This document shows, one piece after another, positions 12,985-26,009 of a stretch of DNA of 64,000 nt. Position numbers and translations under genes: made by a program. The stretch is from Sphaerodactylus townsendi. Its lineage: Eukaryota. The notes under the pieces are model-generated. The model did not search any database. It saw only the letters and a list, made by a program, of their open reading frames with translations, and was not told where the DNA came from. The stretch's first letter is position 1, and every line of letters begins with the position of its first letter. The DNA is taken from NCBI RefSeq assembly GCF_021028975.2, contig NC_059430.1:33480001-33544000 (forward strand). Reading direction: 5' to 3'.

Positions 12985-13195
12985 AGCCCTGATCTGGGTA
13001 GTTCAAGCTGGCCTAACTCATCAGATCTCAGATGCTAAGTAGTGTTGGCCTTGGTCAGTATTTGAATGGGAGATCATCAAAGAATACCAGGGTCTCTACC
13101 CAGACGCAGGCAAGGACAAACCATCTCTGAACACCTTTTGCCTTGAAAACTCTATATGGTCAGCACAAGTCATCTGTGACTTGATAGCCAAAAAA
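12985..13195 (+). mobile_element. 5S rRNA-derived SINE with Sauria/BovB-type tail; partial copy at ~12830-12930
   Basis: gatctcagatgctaagtagtgttggccttggtcagtatttgaatgggagatc...gaataccagggt aligns by eye to 5S rRNA boxes A/C; tail gccttgaaaact...gacttgatagc. Confidence 0.7.
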
Positions 13196-13578
13196 CAAGC
13201 ACATATCATTGGTTAATCCAACTTTTTGAAGATGCAGTAAACAATCCCAATCACTTAGCAATTCAACCACATATGATACAATACATCAGACAGTTCATGC
13301 TTGCCAGTGATTGTCATAAGCATAATCATACGTTTTAGACTTCATTAAATAACACAGTTGCAGGGAGACAAGAGTAAACCAATCAAACCCTACTGCCCAA
13401 AGGCAAGATCGTGGTTGAAATGATCAGTTTATGCTCTCCAGAACCTATCGAAAATACAGAACTTATTGGAGCTGCCAAATAACAATGATCATTATTAACA
13501 ATAAAGCATCTAATGCAGCACCAAGATGCCAGGAATCACTGTAGTTCTTGCACAGACATCTTTGTATACTTCACAATG

Positions 13579-14297
13579 ATAAGAACATAAGAACAAGCCA
13601 GCTGGATCAGACCAAAGTCCATCTAGTCCAGCTCTCTGCTACTCGCAGTGGCCCACCAGGTGCCTTTGGGAGCTCACATGTAGGATGTGAACGCAATGGC
13701 CTTCTGCGGCTGTTGCTCCCGATCACCTGTTCTGTTAAGGCATTTGCAATCTCAGATCAAGGAGGATCAAGATTGGTAGCCATAAATCGACTTCTCCTCC
13801 ATAAATCTGTCCAAGCCCCCTTTTAAAGCTATCCAGGTTAGTGGCCATCACCACCTCCTGTGGCAGCATATTCCAAACACCAATCACACGTTGCGTGAAG
13901 AAGTGTTTCCTTTTATTAGTTCTAATTCTTCCCCCCAGCATTTTCAGTGTATGCCCCCTGGTTCTAGTATTGTGAGAAAGAGAGAAAAAATTCTCTCTGT
14001 CAACATTTTCTACCCCATGCATAATTTTGTAGACTTCAATCATATCCCCCCTCAGCCGCCTCCTCTCCAAACTAAAGAGTCCCAAACGCTGCAGCCTCTC
14101 CTCATAGGGAAGGTGCTCCAGTCCCTCAATCATCCTTGTTGCCCTTCTCTGCACTTTTTCTATCTCCTCAATATCCTTTTTGAAATGCGGCGACCAGAAC
14201 TGGACACAGTACTCCAAGTGCGGTCGCACCACTGCTTTATATAAGGGCAACAGAACTGGACACAGTACTCCAAGTGCGGTCGCACCACTGCTTTATG
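13579..14297 (-). mobile_element. 5'-truncated young CR1 LINE
   Basis: ORF PLYKAVVRPHLEYCVQFWSP...LERRRLRGDMIEVYKI; (ttcttatg) tail; TSD tcacaatg at 13571-13578 and 14298-14305; near-identical to the 52-kb CR1. Confidence 0.95.
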
Positions 14298-14736
14298 TCA
14301 CAATGTTATGGAGATGTTCCCTATTAGATTTTCTTCCTGCCACTGGAGAGGGTAATTCTGCACCTATGAATAGGCTATAGTCCTTCCTGTCCCCTCCAAT
14401 CCTTCACTCATGATTATAATTCCACCCAAACCACTTTCGGTGAAAATGTTTCCATACAAAATGTAGGCTGATTATCTGTGAGATTCCCAGTCAAGATTCA
14501 GAATCAAAATCTATCACACATTTATCTGCCAAGGAGCTCAGGACAGAAGCTAGTTCTCCACTTGCCCCATTTTATTTTCAATATAGATTAGGCTGAGAGA
14601 GAAAGAGAGAGACTCAGTGAATGTCTTGGTTGTGGGAGATTTCAGCCAGGCTTCCTGTCTCCACCACCACCAGCTCAGTTCTGAGTGCTATTGGCTCTCT
14701 AGCTCTTTTTATGGAAAACAGAGCTGGAAGAAGGGA

Positions 14737-15032
14737 CAGGAAAACATTTCTGCATGCAACGTGTGATTGGTGTTTGGAATATGTTGCCACAGGAGGTGGT
14801 GATGGCCACTAACCAGGATAGCTTTAAAAGGGGCTTGGATAGATTTATGGAGGAGAAGTCGATCTTTGGCTACCAATCTTTATCCTCATTGATCTGAGAT
14901 TGTAAATGCCTTAGCAAACCAGGTGCTCGGGAGCAGCAGCAGCAGAAGCCATTGCTTTCACATCCTGCATGTCAGCTCCCCAAGGCATCTGGTGTTGGGA
15001 CCCACATACACGATAGCAGAGTTGGCATGAGA
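14737..15032 (+). mobile_element. CR1 3' fragment, first part (interrupted by L1; resumes at 16445-16503)
   Basis: Reverse complement of the 13.6-13.9 kb CR1 3' end. The remainder gatggactctggtctgatccag...ttcttatgttctta lies at 16445-16503. Confidence 0.85.
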
Positions 15033-16444
15033 CTTTTTTTAATGCTTTATTAAATTTAAACAAGAAAGTTACAGAAAAGACAAATAGAATGGTTAAAATA
15101 GGTAATTCGGTTGTAGTCTTTCAAACTGATAAATTTCTCAGGTCACATCGTATATTTAAAGGGTGAAAAAGGAGAAGAGAAGAAAGAGGAGAGAAATTTA
15201 CTATGAAGGTATCAAGTTGAGAGAAAGAAAATTGGAAAGTATAGAAATGGTTAAAAAGGAGATAATGAAACTTATATCTATTAGGTAAAATTAGAGGGAA
15301 ACACACTGATCGTGTTTCCTGTCCTTTTATCTTACATTATTAATTATAGGACTTCGCCTTCAAATTTAATTTCTTGTTTCTAATTCGTTATCAACTAACT
15401 ATCTGTTTCATGATAAAGACAATTTAGAGGTTATATTTACTATACATATCTTGTTACCATTCACCATTCATATTTATATAGTTCTATTATTATTATTAGT
15501 ATTATATTTATTTACTTATTTACTTATTTATTTAGATTTCATAGACCGCTTCATCCTCGGAGGGCTCTAGGCGGTTTACAACAATCATTTAAAACACAAT
15601 TACAAAACTTTAAAAACAGTAGCAGCGTACAGAGTCATAAAATAGAATCAACCCAGATTCCCTGTAATTGTGTTATTAGCTTCATAACATATGTAACCTC
15701 ATGTCATTAATAACATAAATGAGGATAGATAACAGTAAATAAATAAAATAACATTCTTTAGTAATCAACTGGAAGTATAATGACGTTGTTCTCTTTAGCA
15801 ATAAAGTTTGTCCATAGCTGCCAGTTTTTTCTCTATGTTTCAGCTTTACTTGATGTGCTTGTTTATCCATTACATAAAGCTGTTGCACTTTAAGCTTCCA
15901 TTCTTCCATTGTTGGGGTACAGTTCGATTTCCAGTGTTTGGCAAAGACAAGGCGGGCTGCTATAATCAAATGGAATATTAAATGTAATTGCGATTTCTCA
16001 ATTTTCGTGTCTATCATTGTTGGGCTCAGCAGGTAGATTAATGGATGTTTTTTTAATTGTTAATCTGTTATTGTTTCAATATGTTTATGAATTAATGTCC
16101 AAAAATTTTTTGTTTCCCTACAGGTCCACCAGGTATGGTAAAAGGTGCCTATTTCTTGATGGCATTTCCAACACTGAGGTGAGTTTTTTTTTTTGTTTAT
16201 TAGTGAGGTTGTCAGGGGAATCAAATAGGTTCTGTAGTACATTTTCAAACTCTGTTCCCACAAGTCTGTATTTGGGGTGAATCTATATATATATTTATAT
16301 AAATTCTCCCATTGTTTTAATGTAATTGTCGTGTTGATATTCTGGGCCCGCTTAACCATATTTTGCTTTACCTTTTCCGTTTCAGTTTTCTATTGCAGGA
16401 GGCAGTCATATAATCTGCTTATTAATTTCTTATTTTCCGCTTTT
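15033..16444 (-). mobile_element. 5'-truncated L1/Tx1-like LINE nested in CR1
   Basis: Zinc knuckle CWKCHQEIGTFYHTWWTC; IIAARLVFAKHWK; AT-rich 3'UTR ending aataaa...poly(A) at ~15033-15052. Confidence 0.85.
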
Positions 16445-17487
16445 CAGAGTGCTGAACTTGATGGACTCTGGTCTGATCCAGAAGGCTTGTTCTTATGTTC
16501 TTAATTTTATGGTTAATTCTGGACTTATTATGTCATATATTTTAAAAAAAAACAACAATCAATCATGTAAATAAGCTCCACTCAACTATACTGGTAAGCC
16601 TCAATTTTGAAAGCAGTCTGTCTTCCCACCATTAGGTGGCTGCAATTTTGAGCATACAATTTTTAAAGGTTTAAAAGCTTATACTTTTTTCTCTTTCTCC
16701 TAACAAGGCCATACAACTGTATTGATGATTAAACCAATCTCCCTCCCACCAGAAGTGCATAAAATAGCAAGACACTTGTCCGAAGTATCAGAAAACAGTT
16801 GGAGTCTACGATTCTGATAAACTGTCTTTCACATAACACTGCAAACATGCTAGCTGACAGTGGGGAGGGCTAAAAGTGAACCCCATATGTCGCATAATAA
16901 AATTTTGCCACTTGTGGGAATAAGATGACATTTCCCTGCCACACTCCTACTAGATGTGGAAATACATCCCAGCTGAACAACTGTGCATTCACTGCACACA
17001 AAAACATTGTCTACAAAACCCCTTAGAGTAAAATCAATTAATTCTTCTCCTGTTGGACTCCTGCTGCTTTAACAGGCAATAATTAGAGGTACTGATATAA
17101 TTTTTCAGTTGATTCTGAAAGCAGGATAAAATAACTAGGGGCTGACATTGTATATGAGGCTGTTTCTATTAACTCTGTTCTGTCACTTTATGCTTGATGA
17201 GCTTTTGTGCATGAGCAATCAATGCCTTCAAACACACTGATTAAGATTATGAGCTGCCAGAGTTTACTATTCACACAGATTTATCAGCCTCCAGAAATGG
17301 TCACAAGTGGGCTTCTGTCGATATTTAAAAAACACAGTTACACACTGCAGATTTTATACATGCAAAAAAGTGTGCATGTATACTTTTTAACATATTATAT
17401 ATATATATATAATTACTCAATTAGAATTATCGAACAATAATAATACTAAGAATATTAAATAATCATTCAAAGTTCATTATCATTAAT

Positions 17488-17780
17488 GCCCCATGGTGCA
17501 CAGTGATAAGTTCCAGTATTGCAGTCCAAGCTCTGCTCACAAACTGAGTTCGATCCTAATGGAAGTTGTTTTCAGGTAAGCTGGCTCAGGGTTGATTCAG
17601 CCTTCCATCCTTCTGAGGTCAGTAAAATGACTACCCAGCTTGCTGAGGGCAAAGTGTAGATGACTGGGAAAGGCTGTGGCAAACCACCCCATAAGCAAAG
17701 CCTGCCTAGTAAACACTGTGATGTGATGTCATCCGAAGGGTGCCCAGTGCCTGCAGAGAGGACTGCCTTAACTTTTTTAT
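17488..17780 (+). mobile_element. Sauria SINE
   Basis: tRNA head with gagttcgatcc B box; body ttgattcagccttccatccttctgaggtcagtaaaatgactacccagct; ggcaaaccacc tail region. Confidence 0.85.
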
Positions 17781-20700
17781 AATTACTGTAGTGCATGAAG
17801 GACATTGCAATGGATCAAGGGTCTAGTAATCTTAGTACAAGAATGGGACTAAATATTCAATCTATTTGCCACTGTTGTTGCCCCGCTTAAGATTTTAATC
17901 AGAGCCTATTTTTCTTCACTGGTACTCTCTACAGCTTTTCCTTCACATCATTCTCCCATCTATTCTTCACACAACACACTGCCAACAGCTTCTATTGAAC
18001 AACAATTATGTTTTCAACTTGTTCTGGCTTTCGTTACTTGCGAGCCATCACTTATTTTTTTTTATCAGGGAGTAACTAGCAAGCTTGTACAAACTAGCAC
18101 CAGTGCCTGAGGTCTGCCAGAAGATATGACTGTAGAAATTGAGGGCTGAAATATTATTTCAGAAACAGAAATGGTGATTCATAAGATCACAAGCAAACTG
18201 GACACTGAGCTCATGATCTCCTCCAGCACACGAGGTGCGTACTGAGTGGCCTCAGTACAGTCAACAAGTCATAGCAGGACAGAAAATATCCATCTCCAGA
18301 GAAAAATTATGCAGGCTTGTCTGGAATGTTATATACCGTTATCTACCGATGTTGTTCAGTCATTGGATGCCAGACGACTGGGACTTTCAGCAGATGAGGA
18401 GGATCATGGGCGATGTGATTCTCAGCTGTCCAGCTGCTTTCTTGTAACCATGTAACAGGATGTGGTTAAAATTCTGTTGACGTACATAGACTCTGGGCAT
18501 CAATCCCGAAGCAATAAAGTATCAAATGGTCTTAAGGTTTGACCTACAGCTACTGGGTCTATTTATCAATTCTCTCTGATGGCTATATGACCCCTTCAAC
18601 AAATAGGAAGCCTAGTAGCAATGTAGCTCAATAATGAGTGGGGAGCCTGTTTTGAAAGAAGCTTGTGAGCAAGCAGAAGGTGAACTGTAATAAACTGAAT
18701 ACTGGGGAACAAATAAAATGAACTCTTGGACAATCAAAGTGATTAGTTGCATTGCATAACAATTTTCATGGACTCTGCAGTCCACCTCTGCTGCCACACT
18801 GATCATGGGATGAACACTTGAAACTACCTTTTGGTCTCCGGTGTAGGCAGGCCTTCCCTTTATTATTTTATACTGCTCACCTCATCCTAAGGATAAACTC
18901 TCAGATAAACTCCCAGATAAACCTCTAGGCCCTTAAAAAGCAGAATACAACAAATAGAAATCAAACCTTACATTAATGTGTTGACTAATGGTTTTTATTG
19001 AATGTATTCTGATATCTGTGATCATCGACATATATCATAAACATATGGGCTTGTCAGCTGTTGGGGAGCTTTGATGGTTGGGGCAAGATATCATGTGGGG
19101 TCACACAATACTGTGACATTGCCACAATGTTCTAGCAATTGCTCATCTCGACGTTTTTCCATAGAGATTTGGGGGTTGCTAGAATGTGGTGGTGATGCAT
19201 GACATCATGTGACTGGTCGTGACATCAAAACAACACTGCTTCTGTACTCCCCCTATTTTACTCCCACTACTGGAAACCCCATAAACATACCAATACAAAT
19301 GGAGTGCCATTTTTATTTCCTAATTGTTGGGGGAGGGGAGGTTTTCTACAAAAATGTTGCATACTTGGTGGGCGGCAGTGAATTAAAAGTTAAGAACCAC
19401 TGGCAAAGATGTTACCTTGCACAGAAGCTGTGTACTAGGGTAAAGTCAATGTCAGCTGGATCAACTAGCCACATTTTGACCTGAATATCTGACTGGGTTA
19501 TTTTAAGTGGTGCATCACACCATTGCCTGTACAATCCACTACAAACCCAGGTTATGATTTACATATTACTGTCAGACAGTCTTTCATTCAGAGTCAGTGA
19601 TACCCACAGTCAGTCTGGCTGTACATAGAAGCCATAATGGATGTGAGGTGTGGGAATCTCCGCTCGTGTGAGCATGTCATTTTTGCAGTAGCAATAAGGT
19701 ATTTTATTTATTTATTTATTTACTTATTTATTTACACTGTAGTTCACCTTTCTCACTGGGACTGAAGGTAGAATTGACAGAATGAGTGAATACAATCAAC
19801 AAGATGGGACATTCAATAAACACTGAAATAGGCAAATTCAATGAATTATTGGCTGCGAGATATAGAATTGCCACTGATAACCCCCCACCCCACATTGCCC
19901 CTAAGCTATTCCTGAGAGCCTGGTGACACTCAGGAATAACATTTCAGGAGGTTTAGGGGGTTCCCATTAACCAAAGTCCACAGTTTGAATCTTTATGATC
20001 CACACATTACTATCAAAAGTTCATAGATGAAACTTCATGCAGCCCTAGACATTAGTCCGACATTGGAAGTAGTGGCAAACAGATGACGGTGAGAAGCTGT
20101 AAACACTGAAGGGCAAGCCCTGGGTGTGTACCAAGCGATCAATGGTGATGAATTGAACAAGTCTAGAGAGAATCACAGCAAAATATATCTACATACATTA
20201 AAATGGATATCCTAAATTGCTATGCAAAAGAAGCTTCCTTGGTATTTGATTAGGATTTTGCCTGCATCCGAGAACAGGATCAAGACCCTTTGGAGAGAAG
20301 AGATATAATTTCCTCTCCTGTTAGCCTGCCAAATCGTGTCTTTAATTGCTTATGATTTGGTGCCATGTCTGACTGCAATGAAGGGATCAGTGACACTCGC
20401 AGATGTGCTCCAGCCTCAAATATGTTGTTGGCAAATTTTGAACCTTGGTTGACTTAAGCTTTGCAGGCTGGTTGGTAATTAACTTATTTTTAGACCAGCG
20501 TGTCCATTCAAGGCCACACAAATTACAAGACACTGAAGTGTTGCTTGTCAAAGAATATCCTTTGCAAATACAAGTCTGCCCATTTTAAAAAAAAAGTTCT
20601 GAGGTCTGAAAATAAAGTAGCAATAAACAAAGAGAAGCTGGTTCTCTTTCATCCAGTCATCCCTGGTTTCTCTCTACCTCTGACAATTACCCATCCTTCT

Positions 20701-20919
20701 CTCTGAGACAGGGACAATATGAAGTGTTCCACCACAACATTAGGTAAGTGTTCCTATACATAGTGACTAAACAAGCAACTGAAAAAGCTTTGCTTTTAGA
20801 CAGGCCATGGTAATCTGTAGCATGTCCCACCCACCCTGCAAGGAGATTTTTACCTTTCCCTGCTGAGTTCAGCTGTAACTGTTACAGCAAGGCTTGGAAG
20901 AGAAAAGGAAAATGAGGAG

Positions 20920-21202
20920 CAGTGGCATGGGGGGAATGGTGCCCATGTCCTCCTGCGCCCACCCCCCCCCCCGTGCTTCCCCCCTGCCCCTTCACTTACC
21001 TTAGCTCAGCCAGCCGCAAAGAGTATCTGGCTGCAAAAGCAGCCTGTCTGGGCTGCCGCCCATCCCAGCCTGCCCCCGAAGCCTGGCCCGGCCTAGGGGG
21101 GAAATTGGGGAAGGGTGTGGGGACAATTTTCTTCCCCCCTACGTGACTCTAATGGCACACACCTGGGGCGCCCCCCCCCCCTCCATGGCAGCTATGCAAC
21201 TG
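20920..21202. mobile_element. GC-rich hAT (Tip100-like) MITE
   Basis: Ends cagtggcat.../...gctatgcaactg; 8-bp TSD atgaggag. Confidence 0.75.
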
Positions 21203-24200
21203 ATGAGGAGAAAAGGGAGAAGTGCCAGGAACAATGGCTGCTGAATCTGCCATTTTGCACAGGCATTACAGAGGGAAGAGAAAGAGTAAAAGGGGTCATT
21301 TGAAAACTGCCATTTTGGAGTATTCCCTCAACCAATAATTTGCAATATCTGGAACTTACTTGCCAATGGGGAAAAGTCTGTTTTTGTTGGAGTTTTGTTG
21401 CATCCACACCCATGCTCCCATGTAGAGAAGCACAGTTCAGGAAAATCTTTCCCAGTTCCCAAATTATTGGCTTTTTATGCAATATGTAAGTGTTTCTTAA
21501 GAATGTCTGTTTATATAGCACTTTGACAATTGTATTCCACCCGCCCATCCAAAATCCACATGACCCAGATAGATAGCACTGGTGGCTATCACGTGCTATC
21601 GTCCTGATGTAAAGGGTATAGGCTTGATGAAGCCAATTCCAACATTAAAGGGTAGGACAATTGGTGGGGATGCAATACAAGGTTAGTGGTATCCTGATTC
21701 GACCCCCTGCAAAAGCCTCTTTCCTGTGCCCTCTTTTCCATCTCCTCAGTAAAAGTGTGGAGGCAGATGTAGGAGAAAGGTGAAATATCAGCTTCTCTGT
21801 TTCAGCTTGTTTTCAGCTCAGGTACAGCAGCAGGAGACAATTTAGGGGAACGGGTTAGAAGGGATACCACACCTGAGTGCATCTAACTATGTAAGGAGGA
21901 TTTGCCCCCTGGTCCTGGGGGCATTCCTCAGCCAAGCAGTACTCATCACTGAATGGCAAACACCAGCAACAGGGCGCTCTTTTAATTTTTATCATCAAGC
22001 TTTCTTTTCAACATCTGCATTAAACTACATGAAAAAAGGAACAACGGGAGCATTCAAGATGACAGCCGGCAATCACCTCACTTCACCTCTCCCCTCCACC
22101 CACTGTCTCTTGCTATTTTCACCCCTTTGAGATGAACTGTGAATGTCAACAGTACAGCCTCTACCGAGATGCTGTTATGCCATGTCCTTTGTACATATAC
22201 AAATGCCATCCAAAAAAGCAACTGAGTGTTAAGCCAAGTATCTCTCCTCCCTCCTGCCCTTCCTTAATGCATTATGAACAGAAGATGCCAGTGTACTGAT
22301 GGAAATTCTTTATGTGTGAAAAACGTCATCTGCTTAGTTCAACACTGGCTGTGAGAAATTCTGGACTTATTCAAACATTGACTCTACTTGGCTCTCTCAA
22401 AGAGACAGACGCCGAAGGAATTCTAATGCTGAATGCTCAGACATGACATACCTCGAAAGAATAAGAAAGAAACTGTATTGCCTGCTGCTCACAGAAGGAC
22501 ATGACATTTTTCTGTCCACCAGGCTTAGAATGATTCTGTATATAAGGCCTCTTTAATAGTGGTACATGTTTTTATTTTACTTTGTGACCTTTGGCAACAG
22601 GAACAGAAAAGTAGCAATCGTGTACTGATTGGTTCTCAGCAAATCCAAGAGGCAATAAGTCAAAGAGGTTAGAGTTTTCTTTCCCTAATGAGTCATTCCC
22701 TAAAACCGTTTCAAAGCTTTATGATTTCCCCTTTTAGTAGGTGTAGTTTCTTCCTGTTCAAAATTTTATGCACCCTTCCCAGTTAGCAATATTAAGCCCA
22801 ATTTGCTCAGGTTAAAATTTTAATATTCAGAAATGTTGCTCTAATGTTCTCATGTAAAATGATAATTTATTTAGCAAGTTCATACAAGTAGCAGATCACA
22901 TTAGAAATGCATATTGAACATGCAAGTTTTGGCATCCCCACATACCAACCAACATGTGTCTGCCAACTGTCAACTGGTCCAGTGTAAATTTCTTTTTAAT
23001 CAGTCGGAACCCGTTTTGCAAGGAAAACAGTGATTCTTTCCATAATCAAGTAGCATTTGAAACATTTAGTGCCTTGTTAAATCTAATGAGTGAGATTTAT
23101 TATGAGTCACTTCCCTTAATAGCTGACAGTTTCACAAAATGTTATTCACCAAGGTGTAAATATATAATAGGCAGCTGTTAAACCTTAATAAATATGCTTA
23201 ATAGTTGGCTAGAAATTTTTTTTCCCTGAATGGCAGTATTTCCTCTCCACTACTGACAGGAAATGTTGCTCATGAGGTATGCCAAATAAGGATAAACTGT
23301 GGGAAACCTACCTGCAAAATGAAGCCTTGAAATGTTAATTCTTCAAACACACAAGAAGAGGATGTAGTTCACAGAAGAGGATGTAGTTCACAGAACAAGC
23401 CACAGCACTTCAGGTCATATTGAAAATATATTAATGTTCAAACTGAGGCAAAACTGGTCAAAGAAATCTGCTATCTTTGAAGTGACTTTCCACATCACTC
23501 AAACAGAAAGTACTATTCCAACACTAATGACACTAATTTGAATACTTGAGAATCACGTTATCAGGATCCCATAATCATACAGGAATGTTATCAAGGATTA
23601 GCATCTCCTTCATAATTTGTCAACAAATCAAGCAAATCTTGGATGTGACAAGTTTATCACAGATCAGATAGCACTTGTCACCAAGTAGCTATTTACACCA
23701 GACAAGCAAACCACAGCAAACATGACCAGTAATCCGAATACAATTAGTCAGTTGTGTTCCTTACCCTACAAAAGCATCTGGTACAGCTTCCACTACCTCC
23801 TTTCCTGGCCAGCCCTTTCTCACCAGTGCTTCCACTGAACCAGGTATTTTGTTCTTGATGTTAAAGTGACATGAATGATGGATGATGGCAATGTTTTCTG
23901 GCACAAACATTAAATGTGCAGACTCTTTTGAATGTTCAGCACTGAAGAGAGAGACAACTCTAGTTTCAGATGTTACAGGAAAAGACATTCATACAGCATG
24001 TCATTCATGCCTTTCATCTAACTTCTTGTTCCCTTTAACTAAAGTAGGAAAAACATGCAGAAAACCAGAGGCCAGTCACTTTTGTAAATACATGTTTGAA
24101 CAAGTTTGCCAGTCATGTGGTTAGGACCAACTGCAACATTTAGCCTAACACAAAGTTTTCTTAAATTTAAAAAAAAATCAAATTTTATTCATTGTGCATG

Positions 24201-24345
24201 TGTTTGATTGTTTCCCTATTTGGTAAAGATGGAAACAATATAAGACTATTCCTTCGAGATCAGATTAACAGTCCATTTAGCCCTGCATTGCTTTTTCCTT
24301 AAAAACCCTACAAGAAGAGCACAGAGGTCAGAAACTCCTCTGTTG

Positions 24346-24605
24346 GTTGTGGTGGGTTTTCTGGGCTGTGTGGCCATGGTCTGGTGGATCTTGTTCCTAA
24401 TGTTTCGCCTGCATCTGTGGCTGGCATCTTCAGAGGTGTATCACAGAGGGAAGTCTGTTACAAGACTTCCCTCTGTGATACACCTCTGAAGGTGCCAGCC
24501 ACAGATGCAGGTAAAACATTAGGAACAAGATCCACCAGACCACGGCCACACGGCCTGGAAAACTCACCACAACCAGTTGAATCCGGCCGTGAAAGCCTTC
24601 AACAT
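24346..24605. mobile_element. Palindromic Penelope-like (Poseidon-type) pLTR mini-element with two hammerhead motifs
   Basis: ~113-bp inverted arms (24344-24456 / 24463-24575), 3' tail ccggccgtgaaagccttc, 13-bp TSD aactcctctgttg (24333-24345; 24606-24618). Confidence 0.85.
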
Positions 24606-24619
24606 AACTCCTCTGTTGT

Positions 24620-24830
24620 TTCTCCTCACCAACTAGCATTCAGTGTACGCTGCCTCTGGATGTGTTTCACAGTTTCATCATAGGCACTGATGGACCTACC
24701 CTCCATGAATGTCTAATCTCCTTGTAAAGCCATCTAAGCTAGTAGCTGACATGTCACCTTGTGGCAGTGAATTCCATCATTATGTACTGTGTGAAGTATT
24801 GCCTTTCATCTGTCCTGAATCAACTGACCA
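24620..24830 (-). mobile_element. Old CR1/L3 3' fragment
   Basis: ctccatgaatgtctaatctccttgtaaagccatctaagctagt...tggcagtgaattcca is homologous to the young CR1 3' end. Confidence 0.6.
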
Positions 24831-25021
24831 GCAAATCTATCCTCTCCCCAATAATAATCCATTAGAGTTCAGAGCAAAGCAAATAATCTTTACCAGACAA
24901 GTGTACAGCTTGTTGTAAGTTTATGGTGTAGGAGAAGGAGATTCTCCAGACCAATAATGGAGAAGCAGCTATGAGATGTTTCCAGACTCTAAAACTATCA
25001 CTGCAGCACCGGGATACTCAC

Positions 25022-25107
25022 CTGGGTTGGATTGTACAGCTCCTGCAACGGGCTTCTTGATCCCTTCCGGCAACAGATGTCCATTCCAAATGGATTCCTA
25101 CGTATTA
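25022..25107 (-). CDS. Internal coding exon (86 nt, phase 1 to phase 0) of an unidentified large-intron gene: [29 protein letters not shown]
   Basis: Acceptor ttttcaatttttccccatcag| and consensus donor CAG|gtgagt; exactly one open frame; CpGs retained; non-repetitive context. Confidence 0.75.
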
Positions 25108-26009
25108 CTGATGGGGAAAAATTGAAAATCAGTGAGCATTTCCACAATTTTAATTAAACAAAAGTTTAAACAAAGAATTATGCTGGATTTCTTAAACCTC
25201 TACTTTATATTCTACAAAAATATTTAACCAGAAAGGTGGATTTGAAGTTTTTGGGTTTCAGATAACTAAATCATATTATCTTTCTGCTTAAATTCCTTTT
25301 CAATATGCTGCCTATACCACAAGCTACACAGGCAAACACACACACATATACACATCAAAGTGGAAAAGATCCAACTGAATACATCAACAGTTGAGTTGCT
25401 GTTTTAATGAATGCACTTTTACTGGGTTTTTTTTAATTAAATGAGTTTACAATCTCCAGAAAGCTAAATTTTCCAAATGGTTATCATTTCCAATTGCTTG
25501 AACTCTGATGCAAGGTCATGTACAAGTTAGGACTCAAACAGAGTCGTGCCCTTCTAAGACCAGTAAAGTCAGTGGCCTTAGAACAGTGTAACTGTTTAGG
25601 ATTGTACTGTAAGTCTCTGAATTTAACAATCTAACATTTCAATACATTATTTCTGAAATATGACACTGATCTCATGGATACTTTCAAACTGTAAGACCTC
25701 ATGGATACTTTCAAACTGTAAGCTGACCACTGGCAGTGGGAGACCTCCCATTCCCTGGAGCCTCTGTCCATTGCCACTTAGCTGGGTAGTAGGAGGGAAA
25801 TGGTGACCTAAATGGGGGGGTGGGGCACACAGTTGACATCCCTAGTGTGATGATGTCACTTCTGGTTCAACCTGGAAGAGGCATATCATATCAGGTGATG
25901 CTCTAACATTCATCTGAAAGTTTATGGTTAAACTATAGAGTTTTGAGTGAGTGCTAGAGCATTCCCTAAATGAGATGGTGTCACTTCTGAATCATGCTGG
26001 AAGTGATAT

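Noticed and set aside
13000-13100. 5S rRNA gene
   Set aside because: Heavily diverged, partial and fused to a SINE tail.
23868-23950. C/D-box snoRNA (atgatg...ctga)
   Set aside because: No exact RUGAUGA box C and no terminal stem.
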